Assembly: GCA_963796105.1 (NCBI GenBank)
Contig: CAWCKJ010000003.1
Coordinates: 416,001-480,000 of the forward strand
Direction: 5' to 3'
Length of the DNA stretch: 64,000 bases
From: a candidate division FCPU426 bacterium
GTDB lineage: Bacteria; Oederibacteriota; Muellerivitia; Muellerivitales; Muellerivitaceae
Shown: positions 47,701 to 59,400 of the stretch, in pieces
Numbering within the stretch: position 1 is the stretch's first letter
Layout: every line of letters starts with the position of its first letter
Made by a program: the position numbers and the translations under genes
The notes under the pieces: generated by a model
Database searches by the model: none
What the model saw: the letters and a program-made list of their open reading frames with translations, nothing else
What the model was told of the DNA's origin: nothing

Positions 47701-49704
47701 ATCATGCACAACCTGCCAGGCACTGACAGCGTGCGCGGCAGGCACGACATCCCCAAGCCCACAAGCTTTGGCGTACCATTCCCCGCATAACTGATCAGTC
47801 ATGATTCTCGCAACCCCGGTGACCCCTCCTGCACCGCTTCCAGTGTCGATGTTGTAATAATTACCGGTCGAATTCCAGAGGTTCGTTTCAAAGTCGGATT
47901 GGCCGAGTGTAAGCCAGGATTGGTAAGTGTTGGTCAGACTGGTGTTCCCTTCTGAAATTGCGATTTGCAGGGCCGCCTCGCAGGCCGCCAAATAAAGGCT
48001 TCCGCAATAGGCGGTTTCTCCTGTCAGGCCCAGGTTGTCGTAGGTTTGGTCGATGCCATTTGATATGGGAAGGTTATAGGTAACACCGCTCGAAATGCAT
48101 TGGCTATGCACCTTATTCATGGATACCTGAATAGCGGGCCAGCAGTAATTCAAAAAGGTCGAATCGCTTTTGCCAGTGATTTCCCAGGCCCTGTATGCCA
48201 TTAAAACCAATTTTGAGTTTAAATCTTTCCAAGTGGTGGAATCCCGGTAAGTATAGTCATTCCACGCTGTAAAGACGTCGTTCAAGCCCCCTATATCGTG
48301 AGCGCAAGTGCCGATAGCCGCGGGCCTTGGCAGTGCCTGAGCACCTGCCACCTGGGTAACGCTGTCGCAAAACTGTTCGATTTCTTGTTTGTCAATATTG
48401 GGCCAGTTCATTGCCAAGGCCCAGGAGCTGTAAAAACGCACATCCGAAGTTCCATAGGTGGAATAGGCATAACATTCCAGGCTGCTGAACATGTCCGGGC
48501 CGCTGTCATACATGGCGGAACCGTACTGACCAGCCTCCCAGAGCGTTCCAGCAACGACATAGTAATAAAGCTCGTTGAATAGCATCTGCTTATACCAATC
48601 TGGATAAGGCCCTGAAAGAATACCGCTTTGCCATGAATCTATAGAAGATTCCCAGGTCGTATAATTATTCAGGGCGTCATTGGCGATGGAGAAGGAATTC
48701 AGGCCTGTTTTTCCGTAAGGGCGAGTGTACTCCCGATACCATTGGGCGCCCGTTCCTGGCTTGGCCAGAGGAATATCCCAAGCCAAGACGATGGGAATTT
48801 TAACTGATTGTCCAGGCGATAGGGTGACCTTGATTGCAATTCCACCGATGGTATTGGAACCCACTGAATCGTTCAGGAGGCCAGCTGATCCGAATGCTGT
48901 TTCAAGGGTGCTTACCGCCGTAGCGGATTCATAGGTCACAGTTACACCCGTTGAGGACTGTGTAGCTAGAGCAAATTCACCCTGGGTAGAAGTAGTAGCA
49001 TTCCCGTTATTTCTAGTCAGGATCAAACCTGTATTGTTTCCAGATGTAGTCACTGCCGCATTGGTACCTCCAAAGGTATTATCCCAAGTCAACATGATTG
49101 CCACGTCTGTTGATGTGCAAGTGTTATTGGAAATATCCCATTCATAAATACCTTCTGGAAAACTGCTTCTTGTGTAATCGCCCGGAATGAGCGGTGAAAA
49201 TTGTGTAACTCTTGCTTTGCAGGGAAAATCAGAACCGGCGTAGTCAACCCAAGACTTTGGATATAAGGAATAATAGGTGGCCTGTCCAGTACCCAGGGCT
49301 GTGCCATTTAGACGATAGGTAACCGCAGATTGTCCTGAAGGTTTTTGGTACATATAAAAATGGCAATTACTGTCAACCGAATAGGGAGCGTTATTAGTCC
49401 ATGTTGTGGGTGCGTTAGCAACATTTAGACGTTGTAGGTAAAAATCACCTGTAAAATTCCACGTATAAGAGCCTGCCCCAAATCCGCCTGCAGGAGACCC
49501 GTCAAGATAACCACCAGCGTTAATATCACGACTCCAAGCTTGAGAAGGAATATTTGTTGCTGAAAAACCAGGAATATAAATTAAATAAAAAAGCAGAACC
49601 ACTAATAACCTAAATGGTATTGGCAAATAAGAATTTCGAAAATTAAAAATAAGATTGAGAAACATCAAAGCATAACCACTCCAATTTGAAATAGCCGAAA
49701 GCAA
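44761..49704 (-). CDS. Secreted GH116-family glycosidase with Thr/Pro stalk and C-terminal YPNP/FlgD-Ig (T9SS-CTD-like) domain
   Basis: GH116 motifs: [76 protein letters not shown]. About 750 aa of TPT repeats. CTD PYPNP...[11 protein letters not shown]...[20 protein letters not shown]. Confidence 0.85.
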   Translation of the reverse strand: MLSAISNWSGYALMFLNLIFNFRNSYLPIPFRLLVVLLFYLIYIPGFSATNIPSQAWSRDINAGGYLDGSPAGGFGAGSYTWNFTGDFYLQRLNVANAPTTWTNNAPYSVDSNCHFYMYQKPSGQSAVTYRLNGTALGTGQATYYSLYPKSWVDYAGSDFPCKARVTQFSPLIPGDYTRSSFPEGIYEWDISNNTCTSTDVAIMLTWDNTFGGTNAAVTTSGNNTGLILTRNNGNATTSTQGEFALATQSSTGVTVTYESATAVSTLETAFGSAGLLNDSVGSNTIGGIAIKVTLSPGQSVKIPIVLAWDIPLAKPGTGAQWYREYTRPYGKTGLNSFSIANDALNNYTTWESSIDSWQSGILSGPYPDWYKQMLFNELYYYVVAGTLWEAGQYGSAMYDSGPDMFSSLECYAYSTYGTSDVRFYSSWALAMNWPNIDKQEIEQFCDSVTQVAGAQALPRPAAIGTCAHDIGGLNDVFTAWNDYTYRDSTTWKDLNSKLVLMAYRAWEITGKSDSTFLNYCWPAIQVSMNKVHSQCISSGVTYNLPISNGIDQTYDNLGLTGETAYCGSLYLAACEAALQIAISEGNTSLTNTYQSWLTLGQSDFETNLWNSTGNYYNIDTGSGAGGVTGVARIMTDQLCGEWYAKACGLGDVVPAAHAVSAWQVVHDNNWAKFDSGAHGAVNVMTTSGTADTSTSQGEEVWVGTTWGAVAGMIQEGMFTQAVSIGNSLYNSIWNTGQMWFRTPEAWMTGLTNIRAPYYMRANTIWAVKHAYDINSPCGNATCTPIITLSPTRTAILNCPSTSTFTSTATRTTTITPTRTFTSTPTITSSNTFTATRTLTNTITSSATNTYTRTSTPTLTLTATRTPTSTTTPTPTPTRTSTSTPTNTPTATPTRTPTPTPTNISTTTPTLTPTITLTPTNTPTSTSSNTPTPTPTKTPTPTPTSTSTKTPSNTSTPTPTTTPSLTYTNTPTSTPTNTPTPTQTTTPTPTPSNTPTHSLTPTNTPTTTPTRTPTPTPTNTSTRTPTPTPTITPTPTNTPTLTSTTTPTPTPTNTPTHSPTPTNTPTTTPTPTSTRTPTPTPTNTPTMTSTPTPTITSTPTNTPTLTSTTTPTPTPTNTPTHSPTPTNTPTTTPTPTSTRTSTPTPTNTPTMTSTPTPTITSTPTNTTTPTLTTTPTPTHTPTTTNTPTTTPTRTSTPTPTNTPTITSTSTPTSTSTPTNTPTPTQTTTPTPTPTNTPTLSLTRTPTPTPTTTPTPTMTPTPTIILTATNTPTGTQSPTNTPTITPTKTLTSTPTDTPTVTPTPSPTNTPTSTSSNTPIPTSTKTPTPMPTSTPSGTPTPIPTPSPTVTSTPTPTNTPTSTPTNTPTSTPTNTPTSSITPTLTNTPTETQAPTNTTTSTPTMTFTSTSTNTQTNTSTNTPTPMLTITLTPSSTSTHTFTPTNISTPTSTMTPTLTLTNTSTSTSTPTSTPTITPTLTSTPKSTNTPTGNSTSTMTYSPTYTFTFAPSQTPSTTFTSTNTYVDTYTNTPTYTATKTFAITLTNTPTLILTPKSESISISRPYPNPGDGTRPVTVKIYYSDSYTVEWSVFTTAFRKIAWGGGLSNGNSFIYWDFHDRDGGKVAGGLYYLRIEISATNRKIQKIYKLLALP
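45060..47300 (-). repeat. Thr-Pro/Thr-x low-complexity coding repeat (stalk of the GH116 protein), including a near-perfect 192-bp tandem duplication at ~46208-46591
   Basis: (TP/TN/TS)n translation; near-identical DNA blocks start at 46211 and 46403. Confidence 0.9.
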
Positions 49705-49853
49705 TCGTTTATCTAAAATTTACCACAAAAAGGTGTTTTGAGTGGATTATCGTTGTGATGAAACCGGTTTTATTGGCTGAAAGAAGTTATTAAACCTAAC
49801 TAACACCTTAAACAGCTTTTTAGCACCATGATTTAAGCAAAATATTTTTCTAA

Positions 49854-52800
49854 TTATTGTTCGACAAGAATCTTTAACGTTTGCTTGGCGATGATTTTCC
49901 CGGTGAGATCCTTCTGTTCCACCTTGGCGATGTAGAGCCCGCTTGAGATTCCTGCGGCATTCCAGGTCACCCTGCTTGTTCCTCCCGCGCCTTTCAGCTC
50001 CGTCACCAGCTCTCCCGCCAGGTCATAGATCCTCACCGTCAGGTTGATCCCAAGATTTGAGGCCTGGAACTCCACTTGGCTGAATCCGGAAGTTAAGGGG
50101 TTCGGATAGGCCCAGACTTTCGGTACCGTCTGTTTCGGATTGTTCAACACCATCACCGATGTCACGATCACCGTCTCCCCGCCTTTTCCGTCGGTGGAGT
50201 GCACCTCGATGAAGTATTTCCCGTTCGGCACCACCGCCCCGCTTGAGGAATATCCCGTCCAAGTGGCCGTCACGCCGTTATTGGTCGTAATGATCAGGTT
50301 CCCATCCGTCGGTGATCCCGGCTCCAAAACCGTCCCTGACAGCTTCACCCCTGTGATCACCGTCCCTTGTGGGTCCTCCACCACGCTGTAGAGCGTGTCC
50401 ACGATCTCTCCAGCCTCGTTGTAGATGTCGATCGTCACCTTCTCCAACGACCTGCTCACCACCACGTTCAATACCACGCTCTTATCCACCCCGAAGGAAT
50501 CGACATTGTCCACTTTCACGTAATAATCACCATTGGGCACCGGGTTCCCGTTCTGGTCCGTCCCGTTCCACACCGTGATCTGGGTATTCTGGTCATATAT
50601 CAGGATGGGGTCATTCAGCCCATTAATCAGGTCCCCGTTCTTCAACTGCAGGTCCACCAAGGGCTGGGAATATTGGGTTACCAACAGTGTCTTTACCAGT
50701 TCTCCTGCCTCGTTATATACCCCGATCTTCACCGTGTAGCTCCCTGTCACCATTAATGTGGCGCAGGAACTCAATGGTGAGATTCCCGGATAGTTTAAGA
50801 CCGCGCAGTTCACAATGGGTCCCGCGGGCGTGAAGCTGTTAATCGACACCGTATAGGTCAGTTGGTAGTTCCCTGGGGTAAGAGTGGGCAATGTCCAGTT
50901 CATCATGGTCACCCCGCCTGAAACGGTGGTTACGGCCGATGTTCCTGCTGGTGAGACCCCGAAGGCCGTGAAAGTGCAGTTGGGAGGCAGTTGGTCCTGC
51001 ACCACTACCCCGGGAGCGTTGGCGTTGGAGACATTCACATTCAAGGTATAGGTCACCATATCCCCCGAGGAACCTGTTGATTCTGACTCCTGTTTTTGCA
51101 AGGCCAATACCGCGGCAGGCGTGGGGGTGGGAGTAAAGGTCGCCGTGGGGGTAGGTGTCAGGGTATTAGTATTAGTGGGTGTATTCGTGGCTGTAAGCGT
51201 ATTCGTGGGAGTGGAAGTGTTAGTAGGCGTCCTGGTGGAAGTAGGAGTAGGCGTATTGGTAGGAGTATTGGTGTTAGTCGGGGTGTTGGTATTGGTGGGG
51301 GTATTGGTGGCCGTATAGGTGTTGGTAGGAGTAGAGGTGTTGGTAGCGGTGGGAGTATTAGTGGGCGTATTGGTGTTGGTCAGGGTATTGGTGGGAGTAG
51401 GGGTCGGGGTATTAGTTGGCGTGTTAGTGGGGCTATAGGTATTCGTGGGTGTGGAAGTCTCCGTTGGAGTGTTGGTGTTGGTGGGAGTGTTAGTGGATGT
51501 TGGAGTGGGGGTATTAGTCGGCGTGTTCGTGGGTGTGTTGGTGTTAGTGGGGGTGGAAGTGTCGGTAGGGGTATTGGTGTTTGTAAAGGTGAAAAGAGGC
51601 GTGTCAGTGGAGGTATCGGTTGGCGTAGGAGTGGGTGTTTGTGTGGGAGTAGATGTGTAAGTGGAGGTGGGAGTAATTGTAGGGGTATTAGTAGCTGTAG
51701 GTGTTGGGGTGGAAGTGGGTGTGGAAGTCGGGGTATTGGACGGAGTTGATGTCGGTGTGGGGGTTGGGGTTGGTGTCGGTGTATTCGTGGGGGTATTAGT
51801 CGGGGTGGGTGAAGACGTCAGGGTCGGAGTGACTGTAAAGGTGTTCGTGGGGGATGTTGTCCCAGTCGAGGTGTTGGTTGGGGTTGGTGTAACGGTTGGC
51901 GTGGGTGTCGGAGTGTTCGAGTGTGTACTCGTGGGGGTATTGGTAGGTGTCGGCGAGGGTGTCAGCGTTGGGGTGGGTGTCGGGGTATTTGTGGGCGTAG
52001 AGGTAGGTGTATTAGTGGGTGTAGGGGTGGATGTGGTCGTAGGAGTAGGGGTCGGGGTATTCGTCGGAGTCCTTGTGGGTGTAGAAGTCGGCGTCGGCGT
52101 GGGAGTCGTGGTAGGTGTTGGCGTCGGCGTATTGGTAGGCGTGTTCGTTGGGGTATTCGTGGACGTTGGAGTAGGTGTCACAGTCGGAGTGGGTGTAGGA
52201 GTAGACGTCGGGGTCTTGGTCGGGGTGATGGTAGGAGTATTCGTGGGAGACTGAGTTCCTGTAGGCGTATTGGTTGGAGTCGGTGTGATGGTTGGCGTGT
52301 TGGTGGGGGTCGGAGTCGGGGTTGTGGTGGGTGTAGGGGTATTCGTGGAGGTAGGAGTGGGTGTTGGTGTCCTAGTCGGAGTAGGTGTCGGGGTGGTCGT
52401 GGGGGTGGGTGTAGGCGTATTCGTAGGGGTAGGCGTCGGGGTTCTCGTTGGAGTAGGGCTCGGGGTAGTTGTAGGAGTGAGTGTAGGAGTATTCGTAGGG
52501 GTAGGGGTTGGGGTATTGGTGGGTGTAGGGGTCGGGGTGGTCGTTGGAGTGGGAGTGGGCGTCCTCGTGGGGGTTGGGGTGGGCGTATTAGTGGGTGTAG
52601 GAGTTGGTGTCGTTGTTGGAGTGGGTGTTGTCGTATTGGTAGGTGTTGGTGTCGGAGTCCTCGTAGGAGTGGATGTCGGCGTCGTGGTTGGAGTAGGCGT
52701 GGGCGTATTGGTCGGGGTGGGTGTCGGGGTATTCGTCGGCGTGGGCGTGGGAGTCGTCGTCGGGGTTGGAGTCGGGGTAGGCGTTGGCGTCCGAGTCGGT

Positions 52801-55800
52801 GTATTGGTCGGCGTGGGTGTGGGTGTAATAGTAGGTGTAGGAGTTGGAGTAGGTGTCGGTGTCCGAGTCGGAGTTATGGTTGGAGTGTTCGTGGGCGACT
52901 GGGTCCCGGTTGGAGTATTCGTGGGCGTCGGGGTAATAGTTGGCGTGTTGGTGGGGGTTGGAGTCGGGGTTGTGGTCGGTGTGGGAGTCGGGGTAGGGGT
53001 GGGCGTTCTTGTGGGCGTATTGGTAGGAGTGGGTGTCGGAGTGGTTGTCGGTGTTGGTGTCGGGGTGTTAGTAGGGGTAGGTGTGGGAGTTCTCGTCGGG
53101 GTAGGCGTTGGAGTTGTCGTGGGTGTGGGCGTCGGCGTATTTGTGGGTGTATTGGTGGGTGTCAGGGTAGGAGTATTCGTCGGGGTTCGGGTCGGGGTTG
53201 GAGTCGGCGTGTTAGTAGGTGTCGGAGTGGGTGTATTGGTCGGAGTCGGGGTGGGAGTGGTTGTCGGTGTCGGAGTAGGCGTTCTTGTCGGGGTCGGCGT
53301 GGGAGTATTCGTGGGGGTGGGTGTCGGGGTTGTGGTCGGAGTGGGTGTCGGAGTGTTAGTAGGCGTGGGAGTAGGAGTCCTGGTTGGGGTCGGTGTTGGC
53401 GTCGTAGTGGGGGTTGGAGTCGGGGTGTTCGTGGGAGTGGGAGTTGGAGTATTCGTTGGTGTTGGGGTCGGGGTCCTGGTTGGAGTGGGAGTAGGCGTTA
53501 CAGTCGGAGTGGGGGTAGGTGTGTTAGTGGGAGTCGACGTGGGAGTAGTTGTGGGTGTGGGTGTTGGAGTCCTAGTCGGGGTTGGGGTGAGCGATGGTGT
53601 CGGGGTGGGGGTAGGAGTATTCGTAGGAGTTGGTGTCGGGGTGTTGGTGGGGGTAGGGGTCCTGGTTGGCGTGGGTGTCGGGGAAACGGTGGGTGTCGGG
53701 GTCGGCGTGGAGGTATTCGTGGGGGTGGGTGTTGGTGTCCTTGTTGGGGTTGGAGTAGGTGAGAGGGTCGGGGTGGGTGTCGGGGTAGGGGATGGTGTGG
53801 GAGTCGGGGTATTCGTGGGAGTAGGAGTTGGGGTTCTGGTCGGGGTGTTAGTCGGTGTCGGGGTAGGGGTATTCGTTGGGGTCGGGGTGGGTGTACGAGT
53901 GGGGGTTGGGGTGGGTGAAGGTGTCGGAGTGAGGGTTGGGGTATTTGTTGGTGTGGGTGTCGGGGTCGGAGTCCTAGTTGGAGTTGGGGATGGAGTAGGT
54001 GTTGGAGTATTAGTAGGAGTCGGCGAGGGTGTCCGAGTGGGCGTATTGGTCGAGGTTGGAGTGTTAGTTGGAGTATTAGTACGGGTTGGAGTGGGAGATA
54101 CCGTTGGGGTATTAGTTACTGTAAATGTATTAGTATAGGTATTCGTATACGTAAAAGTTGGAGTAGAACACTGAAGAATGGCGGTAACGGAATTAGACGT
54201 CACAGCAGCCATTCCATTTGCCGTGATTGAGGATGCATTCACAAACGTTTGAGAAGAACTTCCCCCGCAAGCAACTGTTCCCCACCATGTAATTGCGCCA
54301 GATAAATCATAGACTGTTGCGGGAAAAGCCCAAGAAAGTGTGGAACCGTTCGTGAAATTTATGCCGGCCACACCGCCGGCAGCAGTGGATTCCCCGCCAT
54401 AAGTAATTCCGGTAGGCACAGGGTCTTTCAGGACTGTGTTCACAACTGCGTCAGCCTTGAAAAGGCTTAAATTTGAATAGTAATTGGTACCCGCAGTTCC
54501 GTCACCTTGCCAGCCATATGACGTTGACATGGAACAAATACAACTATCAACAGCCGTATCGGTCCAGTTTAGCGAAGCAACTGCCGAGGGATCCCCTTTG
54601 GGCCAAATGCTGACACTAAAGACCATTTGGCCCCCTACATCCTGCACGCTGACATTCATGGTGTACCAAACCCCTGCAGTAAAAGCAAAAGGTGTCCCAT
54701 TAAAGGTAATTCCCATTCCGGTACCGGGTAATGCGCCGTCTTTCTGGATAAATAAATTCGCAGGATTGGGATCCAACGACATTCCTATGGTATAAGCAAC
54801 CGTGGTGGCCCCACAAATTCCATAAGCAACAACCATATGGGCGTCAGCTTGGGGCGATGCACCCGCAACTCCAGAAGCGGTAGCAGGAACCTGTAAATCG
54901 CCCTGGATGATGTAGGGTTGCCCACTGCAAAGACTAATGGGACTGTTTCGAAGCATCATGGGATAAGGCCCGCAAGACTGTCCGCCGACTGTAGAATCAG
55001 TAAAAACATCAAGGTAATGATTTCCTTTGGAATCGGTATTCACAGTCCAAGTCCCAGCTCCCTGGCATGTCCCATTCGTTCCTACCAAGGTATAATTAGT
55101 AGTACCGTCATAACCTAGTCCCGAACCGGTCGTTGAACCGGTTCCGATATTGTCGTATGAATCATAAAATTGCAAACTGGCTTGCTGGATATGGTAAAAA
55201 AGAGTGTAAGTTTCCGTTTGGCCATTTGACAAATTAGAAAGAGACTGGCTTTTCATTAAAGTAAATCCCGCCGAGGTAGAATTGGCCGATACCGTATTGG
55301 TATTTACCGTTCCTGAGGAGTTTTTATAACCCGCGGTGTTTGAAATAGCTCCGGTAGTTGTGGCCCTCACCAACATCCACACCTCGCCCTTAGCATCCGC
55401 CCCTGAATCAGCAGGTAGAGTCCAGGAAACGGAAGACCCAGCTGCGGTCCCCGCGTCTCCACCGTCAGGGCTCAAAGAAACCAGAGTTGTACCGGCAGGA
55501 ACAGTATCCGTTATAACGTAACTGGAAGAATCGTTTACATAATCATAGTCAATAGCAAAAAGGAGAAGGTCCCCAACTGCGGCTTGCGTTCCTTGGACTG
55601 ATTTTATCGCAGTTGAGTTAAATGCCGGGATGGGTACGGTTACTGTGGCAAACCCATATATTCCTCCTGCCGTTACAGGTTGTCCACAGGTGTAATAGCT
55701 GGTTTTCCCTTCGACCACAACATCATAGGTTCCCCCGTAGGCTGCGTTTGGAATGGTTTCCACAAAAGTCAGTGGACCGCATGGATGAGCTTGGTCGTGC

Positions 55801-56282
55801 ATATCCCAGCTCGCTTGAGTTCCGCCAGTAAATGCCCCAAATGCTTGGTCTTGTTGCTGGGTTCCATTTCCATCAATCCACAGATAGCTTCCATTCACCG
55901 GGATTGAACATTGAGTAATAGTCGTTGGGCTTGGAACAGTCGCGTTGTTGTTTACTTGCATTACCAATTGAGTGTCATTGTATGGATCTGGGCAATAATT
56001 GATAACAACCGTAACCGGTTCTGTAGGGCTGTTTAAGCTGGGATCCAATATGGTAACAATAGGATTAGCCCCATTTTGAGTTTGCGCATAGGCATTAGAA
56101 GAAAATAAAAAAGAAAAGAGAAAAAGCGTTACCAAAAAAATATAAAAATAACACTTAAAATAAGATTTCTGAATAAAGTTGTCATTTCTCCGATTCAAGG
56201 TATTCCTTTCAATATATTTATAATAATGCAATTTTCTTGCCATTACAAAGTCACGTAAAGCCTTTAAGTAATAACATTTCAC
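49854..56282 (-). CDS. Giant secreted protein: DUF11-like and lectin-like head, ~1000-aa Thr/Pro stalk, DUF11, tandem FlgD-Ig domains and T9SS-type-A-like CTD
   Basis: Signal peptide ending SNAYA-Q. DUF11-like [23 protein letters not shown] and [11 protein letters not shown]. FlgD-Ig-like [32 protein letters not shown] and [17 protein letters not shown]...IYDLAGELV...SSGLYIAKV...KILVEQ. The start may be ATG 56243. Confidence 0.75.
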   Translation of the reverse strand: MKCYYLKALRDFVMARKLHYYKYIERNTLNRRNDNFIQKSYFKCYFYIFLVTLFLFSFLFSSNAYAQTQNGANPIVTILDPSLNSPTEPVTVVINYCPDPYNDTQLVMQVNNNATVPSPTTITQCSIPVNGSYLWIDGNGTQQQDQAFGAFTGGTQASWDMHDQAHPCGPLTFVETIPNAAYGGTYDVVVEGKTSYYTCGQPVTAGGIYGFATVTVPIPAFNSTAIKSVQGTQAAVGDLLLFAIDYDYVNDSSSYVITDTVPAGTTLVSLSPDGGDAGTAAGSSVSWTLPADSGADAKGEVWMLVRATTTGAISNTAGYKNSSGTVNTNTVSANSTSAGFTLMKSQSLSNLSNGQTETYTLFYHIQQASLQFYDSYDNIGTGSTTGSGLGYDGTTNYTLVGTNGTCQGAGTWTVNTDSKGNHYLDVFTDSTVGGQSCGPYPMMLRNSPISLCSGQPYIIQGDLQVPATASGVAGASPQADAHMVVAYGICGATTVAYTIGMSLDPNPANLFIQKDGALPGTGMGITFNGTPFAFTAGVWYTMNVSVQDVGGQMVFSVSIWPKGDPSAVASLNWTDTAVDSCICSMSTSYGWQGDGTAGTNYYSNLSLFKADAVVNTVLKDPVPTGITYGGESTAAGGVAGINFTNGSTLSWAFPATVYDLSGAITWWGTVACGGSSSQTFVNASSITANGMAAVTSNSVTAILQCSTPTFTYTNTYTNTFTVTNTPTVSPTPTRTNTPTNTPTSTNTPTRTPSPTPTNTPTPTPSPTPTRTPTPTPTPTNTPTLTPTPSPTPTPTRTPTPTPTNTPTPTPTNTPTRTPTPTPTNTPTPTPSPTPTPTPTLSPTPTPTRTPTPTPTNTSTPTPTPTVSPTPTPTRTPTPTNTPTPTPTNTPTPTPTPSLTPTPTRTPTPTPTTTPTSTPTNTPTPTPTVTPTPTPTRTPTPTPTNTPTPTPTNTPTPTPTTTPTPTPTRTPTPTPTNTPTPTPTTTPTPTPTNTPTPTPTRTPTPTPTTTPTPTPTNTPTPTPTNTPTPTPTRTPTNTPTLTPTNTPTNTPTPTPTTTPTPTPTRTPTPTPTNTPTPTPTTTPTPTPTNTPTRTPTPTPTPTPTTTPTPTPTNTPTITPTPTNTPTGTQSPTNTPTITPTRTPTPTPTPTPTITPTPTPTNTPTRTPTPTPTPTPTTTPTPTPTNTPTPTPTNTPTPTPTTTPTSTPTRTPTPTPTNTTTPTPTTTPTPTPTNTPTPTPTRTPTPTPTTTPTPTPTNTPTPTPTNTPTLTPTTTPSPTPTRTPTPTPTNTPTPTPTTTPTPTPTRTPTPTPTSTNTPTPTTTPTPTPTNTPTITPTPTNTPTGTQSPTNTPTITPTKTPTSTPTPTPTVTPTPTSTNTPTNTPTNTPTPTPTTTPTPTPTSTPTRTPTNTPTPTPTTTSTPTPTNTPTSTPTNTPTPTPTLTPSPTPTNTPTSTHSNTPTPTPTVTPTPTNTSTGTTSPTNTFTVTPTLTSSPTPTNTPTNTPTPTPTPTPTSTPSNTPTSTPTSTPTPTATNTPTITPTSTYTSTPTQTPTPTPTDTSTDTPLFTFTNTNTPTDTSTPTNTNTPTNTPTNTPTPTSTNTPTNTNTPTETSTPTNTYSPTNTPTNTPTPTPTNTLTNTNTPTNTPTATNTSTPTNTYTATNTPTNTNTPTNTNTPTNTPTPTSTRTPTNTSTPTNTLTATNTPTNTNTLTPTPTATFTPTPTPAAVLALQKQESESTGSSGDMVTYTLNVNVSNANAPGVVVQDQLPPNCTFTAFGVSPAGTSAVTTVSGGVTMMNWTLPTLTPGNYQLTYTVSINSFTPAGPIVNCAVLNYPGISPLSSCATLMVTGSYTVKIGVYNEAGELVKTLLVTQYSQPLVDLQLKNGDLINGLNDPILIYDQNTQITVWNGTDQNGNPVPNGDYYVKVDNVDSFGVDKSVVLNVVVSRSLEKVTIDIYNEAGEIVDTLYSVVEDPQGTVITGVKLSGTVLEPGSPTDGNLIITTNNGVTATWTGYSSSGAVVPNGKYFIEVHSTDGKGGETVIVTSVMVLNNPKQTVPKVWAYPNPLTSGFSQVEFQASNLGINLTVRIYDLAGELVTELKGAGGTSRVTWNAAGISSGLYIAKVEQKDLTGKIIAKQTLKILVEQ
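51117..54165 (-). repeat. Thr-Pro low-complexity coding repeat (~1000 aa)
   Basis: Almost pure (TP)n with N/R/S/T interruptions. Confidence 0.9.
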
Positions 56283-56375
56283 GCTAAATAAAAGAATTTT
56301 AGGATCATTTGAATCAGAAAGTCATTTGTTCGACTTTATGTCAAATTAACAACAGCTGATTTTATTTATTCATAA

Positions 56376-56414
56376 AAAAACCGGTGAAAACCATATCGGA
56401 TTTCACCGGTTTTT
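56376..56414. terminator. Intrinsic (possibly bidirectional) terminator
   Basis: AAAAACCGGTGAAA-N11-TTTCACCGGTTTTT perfect 14-bp inverted repeat with A/T tails, ~40 nt downstream of the 56453 stop. Confidence 0.8.
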
Positions 56415-56452
56415 AAATTAGTATCTGTACGAAGGATTTAAAAAAAGTTTTT

Positions 56453-59400
56453 TTATTTTAATACCAGAATTTTGTATACCTTATCCATTGTTTGAAGCCC
56501 ATACATTTCAACTCGAAGGTAGTATAAACCATCCGCCACTTGCTTACCGTATTGGTCTTTTAAGTCCCAAACAATCAAACCAGTATTCGTTATTGTTATT
56601 TCGCCACCCACAATCTTTCTCAAGGCCAAGCTAAATACGGACCATTTCACCACAGTCGTTCCCGGCACTGAAATCTGCAATGATACCGGCCCGTTCACCA
56701 CAGGGTTGGGATATGGCGGAATACAAGTAGGCTTTGCCACAAGAGTCGGAGTTAACGTAACTGTCGGTGTAAAGGTTTGTGTTGGCGCTGCCACATCGAC
56801 AACAGCTCCTGCGACCGGTAATCCGTTCACTCGCACCGTTTGACCGTTTGTTCCGGTGGCTCCCGTCGCGCTGACAATGTAAGTCCCTGACGCCGAGGAC
56901 GAGAAGCTGGTTACAACCATGTAGGTGTTTCCATTCGATCCCAATGTATTGTTAATGGTAAAGGTGGCCGCTCCAGAACCCAATATTCCTGTGGCGATCG
57001 GCACCCCGTTTTCCAATAGTGTTACAGGTCCCATATCCGCAGGGTTTCCGGTTCCCGTCACCGTTAGCGTTAGGCTGGTTAGGGTAACCGTGCTGGAGCT
57101 TGGATTAGTGAATTGGACTTGGAGAACCGTCACTCCCGTCGCTCCGGGTATCTGGGTCGTCGGAGACGATGAAACTTGATTAGCCTGGACTGTGACCACT
57201 GTACTCGTGCTTGTGGGCGTAATGGTTGGCGTCGAGGAAAACGTACAGGTCGCTGTTGATGTCCATGTGGTGGTGGATGTGAAAGTCATCGTTGGGGTAG
57301 TCGTGGGTGTGTTTGTCAAAGTGTGGGTGAAAGTATTCGTTGGGGTAAAGGTGAATGTGTTCGTAGCTGTGGAGGTATTTGTTAAAGTCGGAGTCGCTGT
57401 GTATGTCGGTGTAACTGTAGGGGTATTCGTCGGCGATTGCGTCCCAGTCGGAGTGTTGGTAGGCGTATAGGTAATGGTTGGTGTATTGGTCCAGGTGGAT
57501 GTGAAAGTCTCAGTCGGGGTGTTGGTTGGCGTGGAGGTGGGTGTCCAAGTGGGCGAAAACGTATTTGTCGGGGTTAGAGTCGATGTAAGGGTAGGTGTAT
57601 AAGTTAGGGTCAAAGTAGAAGTAAAAGTAGGAGTGGATGTTGGAGTGGGCGTATTAGTGAATGTTGGTGTCAAACTCTTAGTTGGGGTAATAGTGGGTGT
57701 ACTTGTAGGCGACTGCGTTCCAGTAGGAGTGTTTGTGGGGGTATTGGTGATGGTCGGTGTATTTGTTTGGGTCGGGGTAAAGGTCGATGTCGGGCTGTTT
57801 GTGGGTGTTGAAGTCAATGTGTGTGTGGGGGTATTGGTGCTTGTGTATGTATTAGTAGGCGAGTTGGTGGATGTATAAGTCGGTGTATTGGTTCTGGTGT
57901 TCGTAGGAGTACCAGTCAGCGTGTTTGTGGGTGTGCTTGTAAACGTTGAAGTAGAAGTAACTGTATGTGTACTCGTTAAAGTTGGTGTGGAAGTATGTGT
58001 TGGTGTATTGGTTGCCGTATTCGTTGGGGTAGCTGTATTGGTCATAGTTATCGTGTTTGTTGAAGTCGGCGTCGATGTATATGTCGAAGTGATGGTTGGC
58101 GTATTGGTGGGTGACTGAGTACCTGTTTGAGTATTTGTGGGGGTTAAAGTAATTGTCGGCGTATTTGTTCTCGTTAATGTTGGCGTCAGTGTAGCGGAAT
58201 AAGTAGGTGTTCCCGTTGGTGTGTTTGATGGGGTTGATGTCGATGTTTTAGTAGGCGTTAAGGTGTTGGTTAAAGTATTCGTCGAAGTTGAAGTCGGCGT
58301 ATTCGTCAGTGTCGAGGTGGAGGTTCGCGTTGGAGTTATGGTAGGCGTATTCGTCGGTGAAGTCGTGCCTGTTGTGGTGTTGGTTGATGTCGGTGTAACA
58401 GTAGGTGTAGCCGTATTCGTTGGGGTGTTTGTCCTTGTTAATGTCGGCGTCGGCGTCCCGCTATAAGTGGGCGTTCCCGTAGGGGTGTTCGTAACTGTAT
58501 TTGTTTGGGTGTTAGAAGGTGTAGAAGTAAATGTCCTAGTTGGCGTAAGGGTGCTGGTAGAAGTATTCGTCGAAGTCGAAGTAGCCGTTGATGTCGGTGT
58601 ATTTGTCAGTGTCAGGGTCGAGGTTCGCGTTGGTGTTATGGTAGGCGTATTCGTCGGTGAAGTCGTGCCTGTTGTGGTGTTGGTTGCTGTCGGTGTAACA
58701 GTAGGTGTAGCCGTATTCGTTGGGGTGTTTGTCCTCGTTAATGTCGGCGTCGGCGTTCCGCTATAAGTGGGCGTTCCCGTTGGTGTGTTTGATGGGGTTG
58801 ATGTCGATGTTCTAGTGGGCGTTAAGGTGTTGGTTAAAGTATTCGTCAAAGTTGAAGTCGGCGTATTCGTCAGTGTCGGAGTGGAGGTTCGCGTTGGAGT
58901 TATGGTTGGTGTATTTGTCGGTGAAGTCGTGCCCGTTGTAGTGTTGGTTGCAGTCGGTGTAACAGTAGGTGTAGCCGTATTCGTTGGCGTATTGGTTCGT
59001 GTTAATGTCGGCGTCGGCGTTCCTGTGGGCGTATTTGTAGCGGTATTTGTTTGGGTGTTAGAAGGTGTAGAAGTAAATGTCCTAGTTGGCGTAAAGGTGC
59101 TGGTAGAAGTATTCGTCGAAGTCGAAGTAGCCGTTGATGTCGGCGTATTTGTCAGTGTCGGGGTCGAGGTTCTCGTTGGTGTTATGGTAGGCGTATTTGT
59201 CGGTGAAGTCGTGCCTGTTGTGGTGTTGGTTGCTGTCGGCGTAACAGTAGGTGTAGCCGTATTCGTTGGCGTATTGGTTCGTGTTAATGTAGGAGTCGGC
59301 GTTCCTGTAGGCGTATTTGTAGCGGTATTTGTTTGGGTGTTAGAAGGTGTAGAAGTAAATGTCCTAGTTGGCGTAAGGGTGCTGGTAGAAGTATTCGTCA

